Of a DNA stretch of 64,000 nucleotides, positions 48,630-62,327 are shown one piece after another; position 1 is the stretch's first letter, and the number at the start of each line of letters is the position of its first letter. Source of the DNA: Eledone cirrhosa (Eukaryota); contig OZ024741.1 in NCBI GenBank assembly GCA_964016885.1, forward strand, positions 253,704,001 to 253,768,000, in the 5' to 3' direction. The notes beneath the pieces were generated by a model that was given only the letters and a program-made list of their open reading frames with translations, searched no databases and was not told where the DNA came from. The translations under genes were made by a program, and so were the position numbers.

Positions 48630-51600
48630 ATTAGTGTGGTATGGTGTATGTGGTTGTATATGTGCAATAATTGTATGGTGTGGTGTATGTGGTGGTATAT
48701 GTGCCAGTGGTGGTGTGGTGTATGTGGTTGTATATGTGCCAGTAGTGGTGTGGTGTCGAGTGGTGTGGTGTATGTAGTATTATATGTGCCAGTGGTGGTG
48801 TGGTGTGGTGTATGTGGTAATATATGTGCCAGTGGTAGTGTGGTGTATGTGGTGGTATATGTGCAAGTAATGGTGTGGTGTGTGTGGTGGTATATGTTCC
48901 AGTAGTGGTGTGGTGTATGTGGTGGTATATGTGCCAGTAGTGGTGTGGTGTATGTGGTGGTATATGTGCCAGTAATAGTGTGGTGTGGTATATGTTGTGG
49001 TATATGTGGCAGTAGTGGTGAGGTGTGGTGTATGTGGTGGTATATGTTGCAGTAGTGGTGTGGTGTGGTATATGTGGTGGTATATGTGGCAATAGTGGTG
49101 AGGTGTGGTGTATGTGGTGGTATATGTGCCTGTAGTTGTGTGGTGTGGTGTATGTGGTGGTATATGTGCCAGTAATGGTGTGGTGTGGTGTATGTGGTGG
49201 TATATGTGCCAGTAATGGTGTGGTGTATGTGGTGGTATATGTGCCAGTGGTGGTGTGGTGTGGTGTATGTGGTGGTATATGTGCCAGTAATGGTGTGGTG
49301 TGGTGTATGTGGTGGTATATGTGCCAGTGGGGTGTGGTGTGGTGTATGTGGTGGTATATGTGCCTGTAGTGGTGGGTGTGGTGGATGTGGTGGTATATGT
49401 GCCAGTAATGGCGTGGTGTGGTGTATGTGGTGCTATATGTGCCAGTAATGGTGTGGTGTGGTATATGTGGTGGTATATGTGCCAGTGGTAGTGTGGTGTG
49501 GTGTATATGGTGGTATATGTGCCAGTGGTGGTGTGGTTTATGTGGTGGTATATTTGCCAGTAATGGTGTGGTGTATGTGGTGGTATATGTGCCAGCGGTG
49601 GTGTGGTGTGGTGTATGTGGTGGTATATTTGCCAGTAATGGTATGGTGTGGTGTATGTGGTGGTATATGTGCCAGTGGTAGTGTAGTGTGGTGTATGTGG
49701 TTGTATATGTGCCAGTAGTGGTGTGGTGTGTTGTATGTGGTGGTATATGTGCCAGTAATGGTGTGGTGTATGTGGTGGTATATGTGCCAGTATTGGTGTG
49801 TTGTGGTGTATGTTGTGGTATATGTGCCAGTGGTGGTCTGGTGTGGTGTATGTGGTTGTATATGTGCCAGTGGTGGTGTGGTGTGGTGTGGTGTATGTGG
49901 TAGTATATGTGCCAGTTGAGGTGTGGTGTGGTGTATGTGGTGGTATATGTGCCAGTGGTGGTGTGGTGTTGTGTATGTGGTGGTATATGTGCCAGTAATG
50001 GTATAGTGTGGTGTATGTGGTAGTATATGTGCCAGTAGTGGTGTGGTGTATGTGATGGCATATATGCCAGTAGTGGTGGGGTGTGTTGTATGTGGTGGTA
50101 TATGTGCCAGTAATGGTGTGGTGTGGTGTATGTGATAGTATATGTGCCAGTAATGGTGTGGTGTGGTATATGTGGTGGTATAAGTGCCAGTAATGGTGTG
50201 GTGTGGTGTATGTGGTGGTATATGTGCCAGTTGTGGTGGGGTGTGTTGTATGTGGTGGTATATGTGCCAGTGGTGGTGTGGTGTGGTGTATGTGGTAGTA
50301 TATGTGCTAGTAGTGGTGTGGTGTATGTGGTGGTATATGTGCAAGTAATGGTGTGGTGTATGTGGTGGTATATGTGCCAGTAGTCGTGTGGTGTATGTGG
50401 TGGTATATGTGCCAGTAGCCGTGTGGTGTATGTGGTGGTATATATGCCAGTGGTGGTGTGGTGTGGTGTATGTGGTAGTATATTTACCAGTAATGGTGTG
50501 GTGTATGTGGTGGTATATGTGCCAGTAGTGGTGTCGTGTATGTGGTGGTATATGTGCCAGTAATAGTGTGGTGTGGTATATGTGGTGGTATATGTGGCAG
50601 TAGTGGTGAGGTGTATGTGGTGATATATGTGCCAGTAATGGTGTGGTGTGGTGTATGTGGTGGTATATGTGCCAGTAGCCGTGTGGTTTATGTGGTGGTA
50701 TATGTGCCAGTAATAGTGTGGTGTGGTGTATGTGATGGTATATGTGCCAGTAATGGTGTGGTGTGGTATATGTGGTGGTATATGTGGCAGTAGTGGTGGG
50801 TGTGGTATATGTGGTGGTGTATGTGGCAGTAGTGGTGAGGTGTGGTATATGTGGTGGTGTATGTGGCAGTAGTGGTGAGGTGTGGTATATGTGGTGGTAT
50901 ATGTGGCAGTAGTGGTGGGTGTGGTATATGTGGTGGTGTATGTGGCAGTAGTGGTGAGGTGTGGTATATGTGGTGGTATATGTGGCAGTAATGGTGTGGT
51001 GTCGTATATGTGGTGGTGTATGTGGCAGTAGTGGTGAGGTGTGGTATATGTGGTGGTGTATGTGGCAGTAGTGGTGAGGTGTGGTGTATGTGGTGGTATA
51101 TGTGCCAGTAGTAGTGAGGTGTGGTGTATGTGGTGGTATATGTGGCAGTAGTGGTGAGGTGAGGTATATGTGGTGGTGTATGTGGCAGTAGTGGTGAGGT
51201 GTGGTTTATGTGGTGGTATATGTGCCAGTAATGGTGTGGTGTGGTATATGTGGTGGTGTATGTGGCAGTAGTGGTGAGGTGTGGTTTATGGGGTGGTATA
51301 TGTGCCAGTAATGGTGTGGTGTGGTATATGTGGTGGTGTATGTGGCAGTAGTGGTGAGGTGTGGTGTATGTGGTGGTGTATGTGGCAGTAGTGGTGAGGT
51401 GTCGTATATGTGGTGGTGTATGTGGCAGTAGTGGTGAGGTGTGGTATATGTGGTGGTGTATGTGGCAGTAGTGGTGGGTGTGGTATATGTGGTGGTATAT
51501 GTGCCAGTAATGGTGTGGTGTGGTATATGTGGTGGTATATGTGGCAGTAGTGGTGAGGTGTGGTGTATGTGGTGGTATATGTGCCAGTGGTGGTGTGGTG

Positions 51601-52432
51601 TGGTATATGTGGTGGTATATGTGGCAGTAGTGGTGAGGTGTGGTATATGTGGTGGTGTATGTGGCAGTAGTGGTGGGTGTGGTATATGTGGTGGTATATG
51701 TGCCAGTAATGGTGTGGTGTATGTGATGGTATATGTGCCAGTAATGGTGTGGTGTGGTATATGTGGTGGTATATGTGGCAGTAGTGGTGAGGTGTGGTGT
51801 ATGTGGTGGTATATGTGCCAGTGGTGGTATGGTGTGGTATATGTGGTGGTATATGTGGCAGTAGTGGTGAGGTGTGGTATATGTGGTGGTGTATGTGGCA
51901 GTAGTGGTGGGTGTGGTATATGTGGTGGTATATGTGCCATAATGGTGTGGTGTATGTGATGGTATATGTGCCAGTAATGGTGTGGTGTGGTATATGTGGT
52001 GGTATATGTGGCAGTAGTGGTGAGGTGTGGTGTATGTGGTGGTATATGTGCCAGTGGTGGTGTGGTGTGGTATATGTGGTGGTATATGTGGCAGTAGTGG
52101 TGAGGTGTGGTATATGTGGTGGTGTATGTGGCAGTAGTGGTGGGTGTGGTATATGTGGTGGTATATGTGCCAGTAATGGTGTGGTGTGGTGTATGTGATC
52201 GTATACGTGCCAGTAATGGTGTGGTGTGGTATATGTGGTGGTGTATGTGGCAGTAGTGGTGTGGTGTGGTGTATGTGGTGGTATATGTGCCAGTAATGGT
52301 GTGGTGTGGTATATGTGGTGGTGTATGTGGCAGTAGTGGTGTGGTGTGGTGTATGTGGTGGTATATGTGCCAGTAATGGTGAGGTGTGGTATATGTGGTG
52401 GTGTATGTGGCAGTAGTGGTGAGGTGTGGTGT
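48630..52432. repeat. 35/40-bp GT-rich minisatellite (GTATATGTGCCAGTAATGGTGTGGTGTGGTGTATGTGGTG), about 100 units, two subtypes
   Basis: GCCAG recurs at 49,441 and 49,481 (40 bp) and CCAGTAG at 48,899 and 48,934 (35 bp). The GTGGCAGTAGTGGTGAGG subtype is common after about 50,770. Confidence 0.95.
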
Positions 52433-52609
52433 GAAATGAACTGGAAGAAGACAAAGCAGTATTAATGCTGCAAACAAAAGCTGACAGAGCAGACTTAGAA
52501 AAGCAAAGTGAAAAGTTAAGAGTTGAACAGGCCTCTCAGTACAAATCAATAATCAATAAAACCAATTTAACTGATCAATACACTATTTAATAATACCTTA
52601 TATTCATAT

Positions 52610-53220
<611 letters not shown>

Positions 53221-53228
53221 TTAGGTGG

Positions 53229-53409
53229 ATTGGCAGTGTCGGTAGAGAGTTGGACACTATGCTTTGAAGCATAGAGTTACGTCCCTTTAGGATCTGAGTT
53301 CAAATCTCGCCGATGTTAACTTTGCCTTTCATCCTTACGGGGTCGATGAAATAAAGTACCAGTAATGTACTGGTGATTGCTGGCCTTGTGCTTAAAATAG
53401 AAACAATTA
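53229..53409 (+). mobile_element. tRNA-derived SINE, near full length
   Basis: TGGCAGTGTCGGTAGA (A-box-like), GAGTTCAAATC (B box), shared body and tail. Confidence 0.85.
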
Positions 53410-53473
53410 GATATAATAATAATATATGTAACTACATATATGTGTGAGTGTGTGTATATATATATATATGTGC

Positions 53474-53508
<35 letters not shown>

Positions 53509-53871
53509 AGTAAGTATGTATGTATACGTACATACATATGTGTATACAGACGTACAGTAGTATATATATATATATATGCACACATATATATGTACGTATG
53601 GGTTTACGGAACATTTATTATAATGCTCGGTTTGTTATATTTACATATATATACTGTTATCTATTTATCCATCACTCTATATATGTGTGTGTATGTATAC
53701 GTGGCTATATGTATGAGCATGTGTCTATGTATATATGTATGTGCATGTATCTGTATGTTCAGGCATTAACAAATGCTACAAGGACCTATGAAAACATTTC
53801 GATTTTGCTGACATGTTATTACCCACTACCTGCCCGTAAATGGTGTTTAAGTAGACATGCTTCCAATCTAT

Positions 53872-54289
53872 ATAGCACACATACACATACATACAGCCAG
53901 GCACACACACACATATACACACACACAGACACACAAACACATACACACACACACATACACATACATACAGCCAAGCACACACACACATATACACACACAC
54001 ACAGACACACACACTCAGACACACAAACACATACACACACACATACACATACATACAGCCAAGCGCACACACACATATACACACACACAGACACACAAAC
54101 ACATACACACACACACACATACACATACATACAGACAAGCACACACACATATACACACACACAGACACATAAACACATACACACACACACATACACATAC
54201 ATACAGCCAAGCGCACACATACATATACACACACACACAGACACACAAACACATACACACACACACACATACATATACATACAGACAAG

Positions 54290-54320
<31 letters not shown>

Positions 54321-55070
54321 ACACTCAGACACACAAACACATACACACACACACATACACATACATACAGCCAAGCGCACACACACATACATACACATAC
54401 ACACGCACACACACACACATATACATACATACACATACATACAGCCAAGCACACACACATATACACACACACAGACACACAAAGAGATACACACACACAC
54501 ATACACATACATACAGCCAAGCACACACACATATACACACACACAGACACACAAAGAGATACACACACACACATACATATACATACAGACAAGCACACAC
54601 ACAATAGCACACACACAATAACACACACACACAGAGACACACACACACATACAGACATATACACACGCACACATACACACACATACATACACATATACAC
54701 ATAAGCATACACACGCATACACAAGCAGAAACACACACTCATACACATACACACACACAAGCACAGACACACATGCAATAATACAAATATACACACACAG
54801 ATGCACAGTCACACGCTCACACGCACGCACACACACACACACAAGCACACACACACAAATGTACGCGCGCGTACAAGAACACACAAACACACACGCGCGC
54901 GTGCAAGAACACACAAACTCACACACACACACATACACGCAAGCACATAAACACTCACACACTCACACGCATGCACACACACACTTACACTCACACACGC
55001 ACATGCGCATACACACACGCTCGCGCGCGCAGACACTCTAACGCACATGCATATATTGCGCGTGTATGTG
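53872..55070. repeat. CA-rich tract containing about 10 copies of a 72-88-bp unit marked by CATACAG(C/A)CAAGC
   Basis: Marker seen near 53,890, 53,964, 54,052, 54,127, 54,200, 54,277, 54,365, 54,437, 54,510 and 54,582. Confidence 0.85.
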
Positions 55071-55109
55071 TGTGTGTATGTGTATGTTCCTTGGTATACT
55101 TATAGAAAT

Positions 55110-55290
55110 ATAATTGTTTCTACTTTTGGCACAAGGCCAGCAATTACCCAATGCATTACTGGTACTTTATTCTATCCACCCCGGAAGGATGAAAGGCAAA
55201 GTCAACCTCGGCGGGATTTGAACTCAGATCGTAAAGGGACGTAACTATGCTGGAAAGCATGGCGTCCGACCCTCTACCGATACTGCCAAT
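55110..55290 (-). mobile_element. tRNA-derived SINE, near full length
   Basis: Reverse complement of the same family, with A-box-like and B-box motifs. Confidence 0.85.
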
Positions 55291-55361
55291 AATATAATGC
55301 ATGCAGATCTACATGGAGTGTAGTCTGTATATGTGTGTGGATGTTGGTATATATATAAATA

Positions 55362-55699
55362 CTAGCTGGCCCGTCCGGCTGGCGTCCGGCTAGGTATACC
55401 TGCTCCCACCACTCCACTGCAAAGATACCACACACCCTCCCGTGTCACATTGTACTTCCGACTCCCCCCCCCCCCCCCTCAATCTCTCTGAATAACTAAC
55501 ACTTTAATTCTATCTCTCTCTCTCTCTCGATGTGTATATATTGAAGGGTGATACGGAAACTAAAACAGTGTTGTCATATAGAGAGTGAAGAGCGACAGAG
55601 TGAGTAAAGCAGTTAAATTATAGAGAGGGAGAATGCTCTTGCATACATACATACATACATACATACATACATACATACATACATACATACATACATACA

Positions 55700-55731
<32 letters not shown>

Positions 55732-56500
55732 AAGTATAGATATGTGTGTGTGTGTGTGTTTGTGTATGTGTATGTGTGTCTGTGTGTTTTGTTTTGATGT
55801 TATCCGGCAATTGGCGAAATCAGGTGTGAAAGTATGTGTATTTGTGTGTGTGCGCGCGCGCGTGTGTGTGTGTGTGTGTGTGTGTGAGTGTGTGTGTGTG
55901 TGTGTGTGTTACTTATGCGAGCGACGACAGAAAAAGAGTGTGGGATACATACATTATTATATTTGTCTGTATTTTCGTTCTGCAACCATTATATTATGAT
56001 ATTTGAGTTCAAATCCCGCCGAGGTTAACTTTGCCTTTCATCCTTACGGGATCGATAAAATAAAGTACCAGTAATGCACTGGATAATTGCTGGCCTTGTG
56101 CCAAACGTAGAAACAATTATATTATATTTGTATCCAAATGATTTTAGATGTATGTATTACCTTCTTGCCCGTCCCTCTGCTTCTCTTTCCCTGTCTCTCT
56201 CTCTCTCTCCTCTCTCCTCTCTCCTTTCTCTCTCTCTCTCTCTTTAGATGTGTGTGTGTTTTCTTAATCTATCTCTTTCACTCTCTGTCTCTCTAAGAGG
56301 GGGTTGCCTTTTGATGTATGTATTACCTGCTTGTGTGTTGACCGAATTTGAAGGAGGTTATCCTTTTGAAATAAACATACATAAGACGCTCATCTCTATG
56401 TTGACATATTGAATGGAGATACGGAAAGTAAAAGAGTGTTGTCATATAGAGAGTGAGGAGAGACAGAGAGGAAAGCAGTTAAATTATAGAGAGGGTGAAA

Positions 56501-56587
<87 letters not shown>

Positions 56588-56781
56588 GACGCTCAGCTTT
56601 ATAATATTAGAGAGTGAAGAGCGACAGAGAGAGAGTAAAGCAGTTAAATTATAGAGGGGGGTAATGATCTATTATAGAGAGGGGAAGAGCGACGGAGAGA
56701 GTAAAGCTAAGAAACTATAGGGAGGTGTGTAGGATACATACACACAATACATACACACGACACTCAGCTTTATAATATAGA
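55362..56781 (-). mobile_element. Non-autonomous Helitron-like element, about 1.4 kb, carrying microsatellites and a SINE
   Basis: The minus strand begins A|TCTATATTATAAAGCTGAGTGTCG plus a microsatellite and ends with a GC hairpin (CCGGACGCCAGCCGG) then CTAG|T. These are the canonical TC...CTRR termini in an AT site. A second 5'-end-like motif lies at 56,591-56,611. Confidence 0.65.
56004..56120 (+). mobile_element. tRNA-derived SINE, 5'-truncated at the B box
   Basis: TGAGTTCAAATCCCGCCGAGGTTAAC...GTAGAAACAATTAT. Confidence 0.85.
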
Positions 56782-56821
56782 TATATATAGGTATAAATAT
56801 ATCTATATCTATATATATATA

Positions 56822-57595
<774 letters not shown>

Positions 57596-57596
57596 T

Positions 57597-57918
57597 ATAT
57601 CACAGAAAAAAGAGAATCAGTGTTGCGACGAAAGGAATTTATTGGACATATTACAATTGTTTCTCGGGCGACCAGTTCGAGGCCCGATCGATGTGGTGAT
57701 CAAACCTGACTCTGAAATCGCACGATCCTCGGATACGTCTCGATTCTACGAAGGAAAATCTGCTTCGTAGAATCGAGACGTATTCGAGGACTGCGCGATT
57801 TCAGAGTCAGGTTTGATCACCATATCGATCGGGCCTCGAACTGGTCGCCCGAGAAACAATTGTAATATGTCCAATGAATTCCTTTCGTCGCAACACTGAC
57901 TCCCTTTTTTTGTGATAT
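57597..57918. mobile_element. Fold-back palindromic element with about 157-bp arms and a 9-nt loop, possibly Penelope-derived
   Basis: 57,597-57,753 is the near-perfect reverse complement of 57,763-57,918; loop GAAAATCTG; abuts a (TA)n tract. Confidence 0.8.
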
Positions 57919-58109
57919 CATACTCTGCTCTACGAGGGCACCGAGTGCTCATCCGGCATAACGCATACGGACGCTTTAAGCATCCAACACCAATTATATA
58001 TATGTATATATATATGTATGTATATATATATATATGTGTATATATATATGTATGTATATATATATATATATGTATATATATATGTATATATATATATATA
58101 TGTATATAT

Positions 58110-58195
58110 ATAGGAACGAGTAGGACCCCGACGGCTGAGCTCAAGCCGTTTCGACGGCTAATTTTGGACTCAAATTCAGTCCTACTCGTTCCTAT
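58110..58195. repeat. Small hairpin element with a 17-bp perfect inverted repeat
   Basis: ATAGGAACGAGTAGGAC (58,110-58,126) pairs with GTCCTACTCGTTCCTAT (58,179-58,195). Confidence 0.8.
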
Positions 58196-58275
58196 TACCC
58201 ACTCTACTACCCTAAGTATTGAGTACGTTGGTGCGTTATGGTCCACCTGGTTCCTTACCACATTTCCTTCGTTAT

Positions 58276-58624
<349 letters not shown>

Positions 58625-58837
58625 GAAGAAATTCTGGACAAAAAGAGAAATCCTAACATTGAAAAGATTCAGAATAAACCGAAGTCATAGTAAGAAGCAA
58701 AGAAAACATGATCATGCTACCATCAGCGAAATAGTGGTTCTCAATTCATAGAAAAAGATTTGGCAGAAACTCCACACAGTATACTCAGTGTAAACCATGG
58801 GTACACAAAAAGTGTAGCAAAATCAAAGATGCCTTCT

Positions 58838-59087
58838 ATATTTCTTCCATCTCCAGGTTGTCTTGTGTCTCTGGGTCCGTGTAGTCCTTATTTTAAAGTC
58901 ATTTAACTCAAGTCAGTGTTAAGTAATACATTGGTCAATGAAGGAATGATGCAGTATTCACAAAGACCTGGCTAATATAGTTATTGATGCGTATGAAGGC
59001 TATCTGACTTGTGTATTCACGAGAATGGTAGGTGATGAGGTGGTTGATTGGTCTCCTGAAATTAGTTTTACAAACGTTTAGGTTATT
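58838..59087 (-). pseudogene. Decayed APE-type endonuclease fragment of an RTE-clade LINE
   Basis: Manual translation gives NNLNVCKTNFRRPINHLITYHSREYTSQIAFI and, further on, DQCIT*H*LELNDFKIRTTRTQRHKTTWRWKK. This resembles RTE motifs L.ICNT.F.K...HLITY.S....SQID(Y/F)I and EC..QHRL...DF. Recognised by eye only. Confidence 0.7.
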
Positions 59088-59319
59088 TATTTCACCGAGC
59101 ACGATCAATACCGATCGTGCCTTGAGCTGATCGTTAGCTAAACGCGCGCCACGTGTGATTAAACGTAATGATGCTATATGGATACTTCGTTCCTGCTCCT
59201 TATCTATTTTTTTTTACATGCAGAAACCCATATTTGTACCGTCCTGTACCATTCTGTCCTGTCCTTAATGTTATGCTTTGTATCAACCCTTGTGGTTAAT
59301 AAAGAAATTATTATTATTA

Positions 59320-59504
59320 ATTGGCAGTATCGGTAGAGCGTCAGACACCATGCTTTGCAGCATAGAGTTACGGCATTTTATGATCTGAGTTCAAATCCCG
59401 ACGAGGTTGACTTTGCCTTTCATCCTTACGGGGGTCGATAAAATAAAGTACCAGTAATGCACTGGGTAATTACTGGCCTTGTGCCTAAAGTAGAAACAAT
59501 TATT
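59320..59504 (+). mobile_element. tRNA-derived SINE, near full length, following an AATAAA-(ATT)n tract
   Basis: TTGGCAGTATCGGTAGAG...GAGTTCAAATCCCGACGAGGTTGAC...GTAGAAACAATTATT. Confidence 0.85.
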
Positions 59505-59639
59505 AACTCTCTACTTCTTAAGCATATCGACTACAGTGTAATACCAAACGTAGAATGCGACATTTGCAACTGGAGCCATATTAGCATTGAATGCTCAAAC
59601 TGGTGAACCAACAGTAACAAAAGGCTACGCACCAATAAA

Positions 59640-59696
<57 letters not shown>

Positions 59697-59702
59697 AATG
59701 TG

Positions 59703-59958
59703 TATAGCAAAATCTGTTCACGCCTTGAACCTTGGGTGACACCTAAAAGTCAAATTCTAGGTCACCATCCTTTTCGGCGTGGACAGGTTCATGCGTGGGC
59801 GGTCCCTCTAGACAGGGAGACAGAAAGCGACAGGTATATAAAGCCTATAATTTCCTACGTTTTACACAGAGAGATCGGAGCCGTACGCTATAGTATAGCT
59901 ATGTAAAGATTCATCGCCTACTACAGGCCGCTGAAGTCTACAGTCAATCACAGACCAT

Positions 59959-60029
<71 letters not shown>

Positions 60030-60749
60030 GGTCTCAGACTACACCAGCCTCATGAACCAAAATTGCACACACTCATGTCATAGCGTAAACCTCGACGTAA
60101 ACCTCGACTCACTGGAAAAGCATCTTACCTATAATGATACATCGAGAGAAATAGTCGTCTGTGTTATCATATCGTAATCCGAAACCACAACCCCGAACGT
60201 TCAGCCATCCATACACAAAAGTTCGAAATACATGATCACAACTTTGTATATTTACAGTTTCTTCTAAATGTTACACACACACACATGCATACACAGTTAT
60301 ACGATTTTTTTTTCTCTCTCCAAATTTCTCTGCACTCGAAATGCGGGCGCAGTACCCACATTTTGTGTATTTTGGGACACGCTTCTGGAATCAGATTTCG
60401 CTACCCCTTTTATAATCGATTGCTGCTCCTGCATCGATCTGGGTAGGTAACTAATGTAGTGAAATCTGTCCACGCCTTGAACCTTGGGTGACACCTAAAA
60501 GTCAAACTCTAGGTCACCATCCTTTTCAGCGTGGACAGGTTCATGCGTGGGCGATCCCTCGAAGCAGGGAGACAGAAAGCGACAGGTATATAAAGCCTAT
60601 ATTTTCCTACGTTTTACACGGAGTGATCGGAGCCGTACGCTATAGTATAGCTATGTAAAGATTCATCGCCTACTACAGGCCGCTGAGGTCAACCACAGAC
60701 CATTACTCTCTCTCTCCTGGTCTCAGACTACACCAGCCTCATGAACCAA
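59703..60749. repeat. Pair of about 300-350-bp direct repeats (59,703-60,060 and 60,455-60,749) around a 394-bp spacer; LTR-like
   Basis: AAATCTGT(T/C)CACGCCTTGAACCTTGGGTGACAC...CAGACTACACCAGCCTCATGAACCAA occurs twice, with roughly a dozen differences and different (CT)n lengths. Confidence 0.9.
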
Positions 60750-61027
60750 CAACAAAATAACATTGTCAACACTCGTGACTCGTGATAACTTGTTTATTGT
60801 TCTTTTTGACTGAAGTGAAGTAAACCTTTTTATATATAAAGTAAACTAGCTATTCTTGTTATTTCATCTAACAACCATTGTATAATACCCTTCGTTACAT
60901 ATATATATGCATATATTGGAAAATGTGTGAAATCCTTGGTACAGTTAGGCTTATTTGAAAAAAGGAAAAGAATGACTTGTAGTTGTTCTAAACAATTTAA
61001 TTTTATAATTTTACAATTTTGGTATGT

Positions 61028-61160
<133 letters not shown>

Positions 61161-61432
61161 TAAACGGAATAGAAAATGCTGACAAATTGTTCACAGTTGA
61201 AAAATGGTTTAATTAGGAATAAAAGAGTATTAGTGATTGTATGGGTTAGTATTCAGTTGTGGTTTTAAGTTTTTAAGTTTTTACCGGTTGCGCATTTCTA
61301 AATGCTTTTCAAAAATAATTTTGAGATAGAGTGTCCGTGCTGTTTGCATATATATAAGTATTGAAGTTTCCGTTGAAAATTGAAAAAGTCATAGGAGTGA
61401 AGAGTGCTCTATGTAAGTACCAGAGCAAAATT

Positions 61433-62253
61433 TAATGTATAATAAACAATACAATATAATTACCTCATTACCAGAGGTTTCCCGAATAAGACGAATACGA
61501 AAAACGTCCTCATTCGTTCGTCGGACAAGGCAATTTAAAACATAGTGAAATATTTGAAATATTTGAGTCTCCTAAAAAAATGCAAGAGTTTAACGGGCAA
61601 AAAATATATAAATAAAAGTAATGCAAGAGATATATAAAAAAAATAAGGAAATATAGTTAGGGTATGTGTATATGTATGTATATACACTCACAAATGTACA
61701 TATGTGTGTATGTACAAATGCATGTGTATGGTGAAAATGTGTGCGTAAGTACATATATGAGGGCAAGTATATTTGTGTATATGTGACCACAAATACGTAT
61801 ATAATATGAGTTGAAAAAGAAATTGTAAGATAATATAGTTAACACGCATCCAGATACAGGTATTAAATATACATACGAATGCATGTGTATGGTGAAAATG
61901 TGTGCGTAAGTACATATATGAGGGCAAGTATATTTGTGTATATGTGACCACAAATACGTATATAATATGAGAGTTGAAAAAGAAATTGTAAGATAATATA
62001 GTTAACACGCATCCAGATACAGGTATTAAATATACATACGAGTATGAAAGCACGCGTATAAACACACACACACGTGCGCGGTCACTTATATGCGGAAGAT
62101 AAAGAGAGAAGCGAGTGTAATAGTAAAAAGAAGTGTCATTCTCGATATATGTATAAAAATGAAACAATATACGAGAATGAAAAAAAATGTTAAATCAAAG
62201 AGAAAGTAATCAATTAACACTGGAGAAAAGAAAACAAACATAGGTACGCACGT

Positions 62254-62327
<74 letters not shown>

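Noticed and set aside
45932-52549. His/Thr/Pro-rich ORFs up to 911 aa and Val/Trp/Cys-rich ORFs
   Set aside because: The 5-, 35- and 40-bp units are not multiples of 3, and several overlapping frames are open simply because the C/A-rich strand rarely forms stops.
53229-53310. Possible tRNA gene (A and B boxes)
   Set aside because: No cloverleaf, and it continues into a shared SINE body found several times in the window.
59099-59320. 8-bp hairpin GCACGATC/GATCGTGC and an AATAAA-(ATT)n tract resembling a LINE 3' end
   Set aside because: Too short to assign without a repeat-library search.
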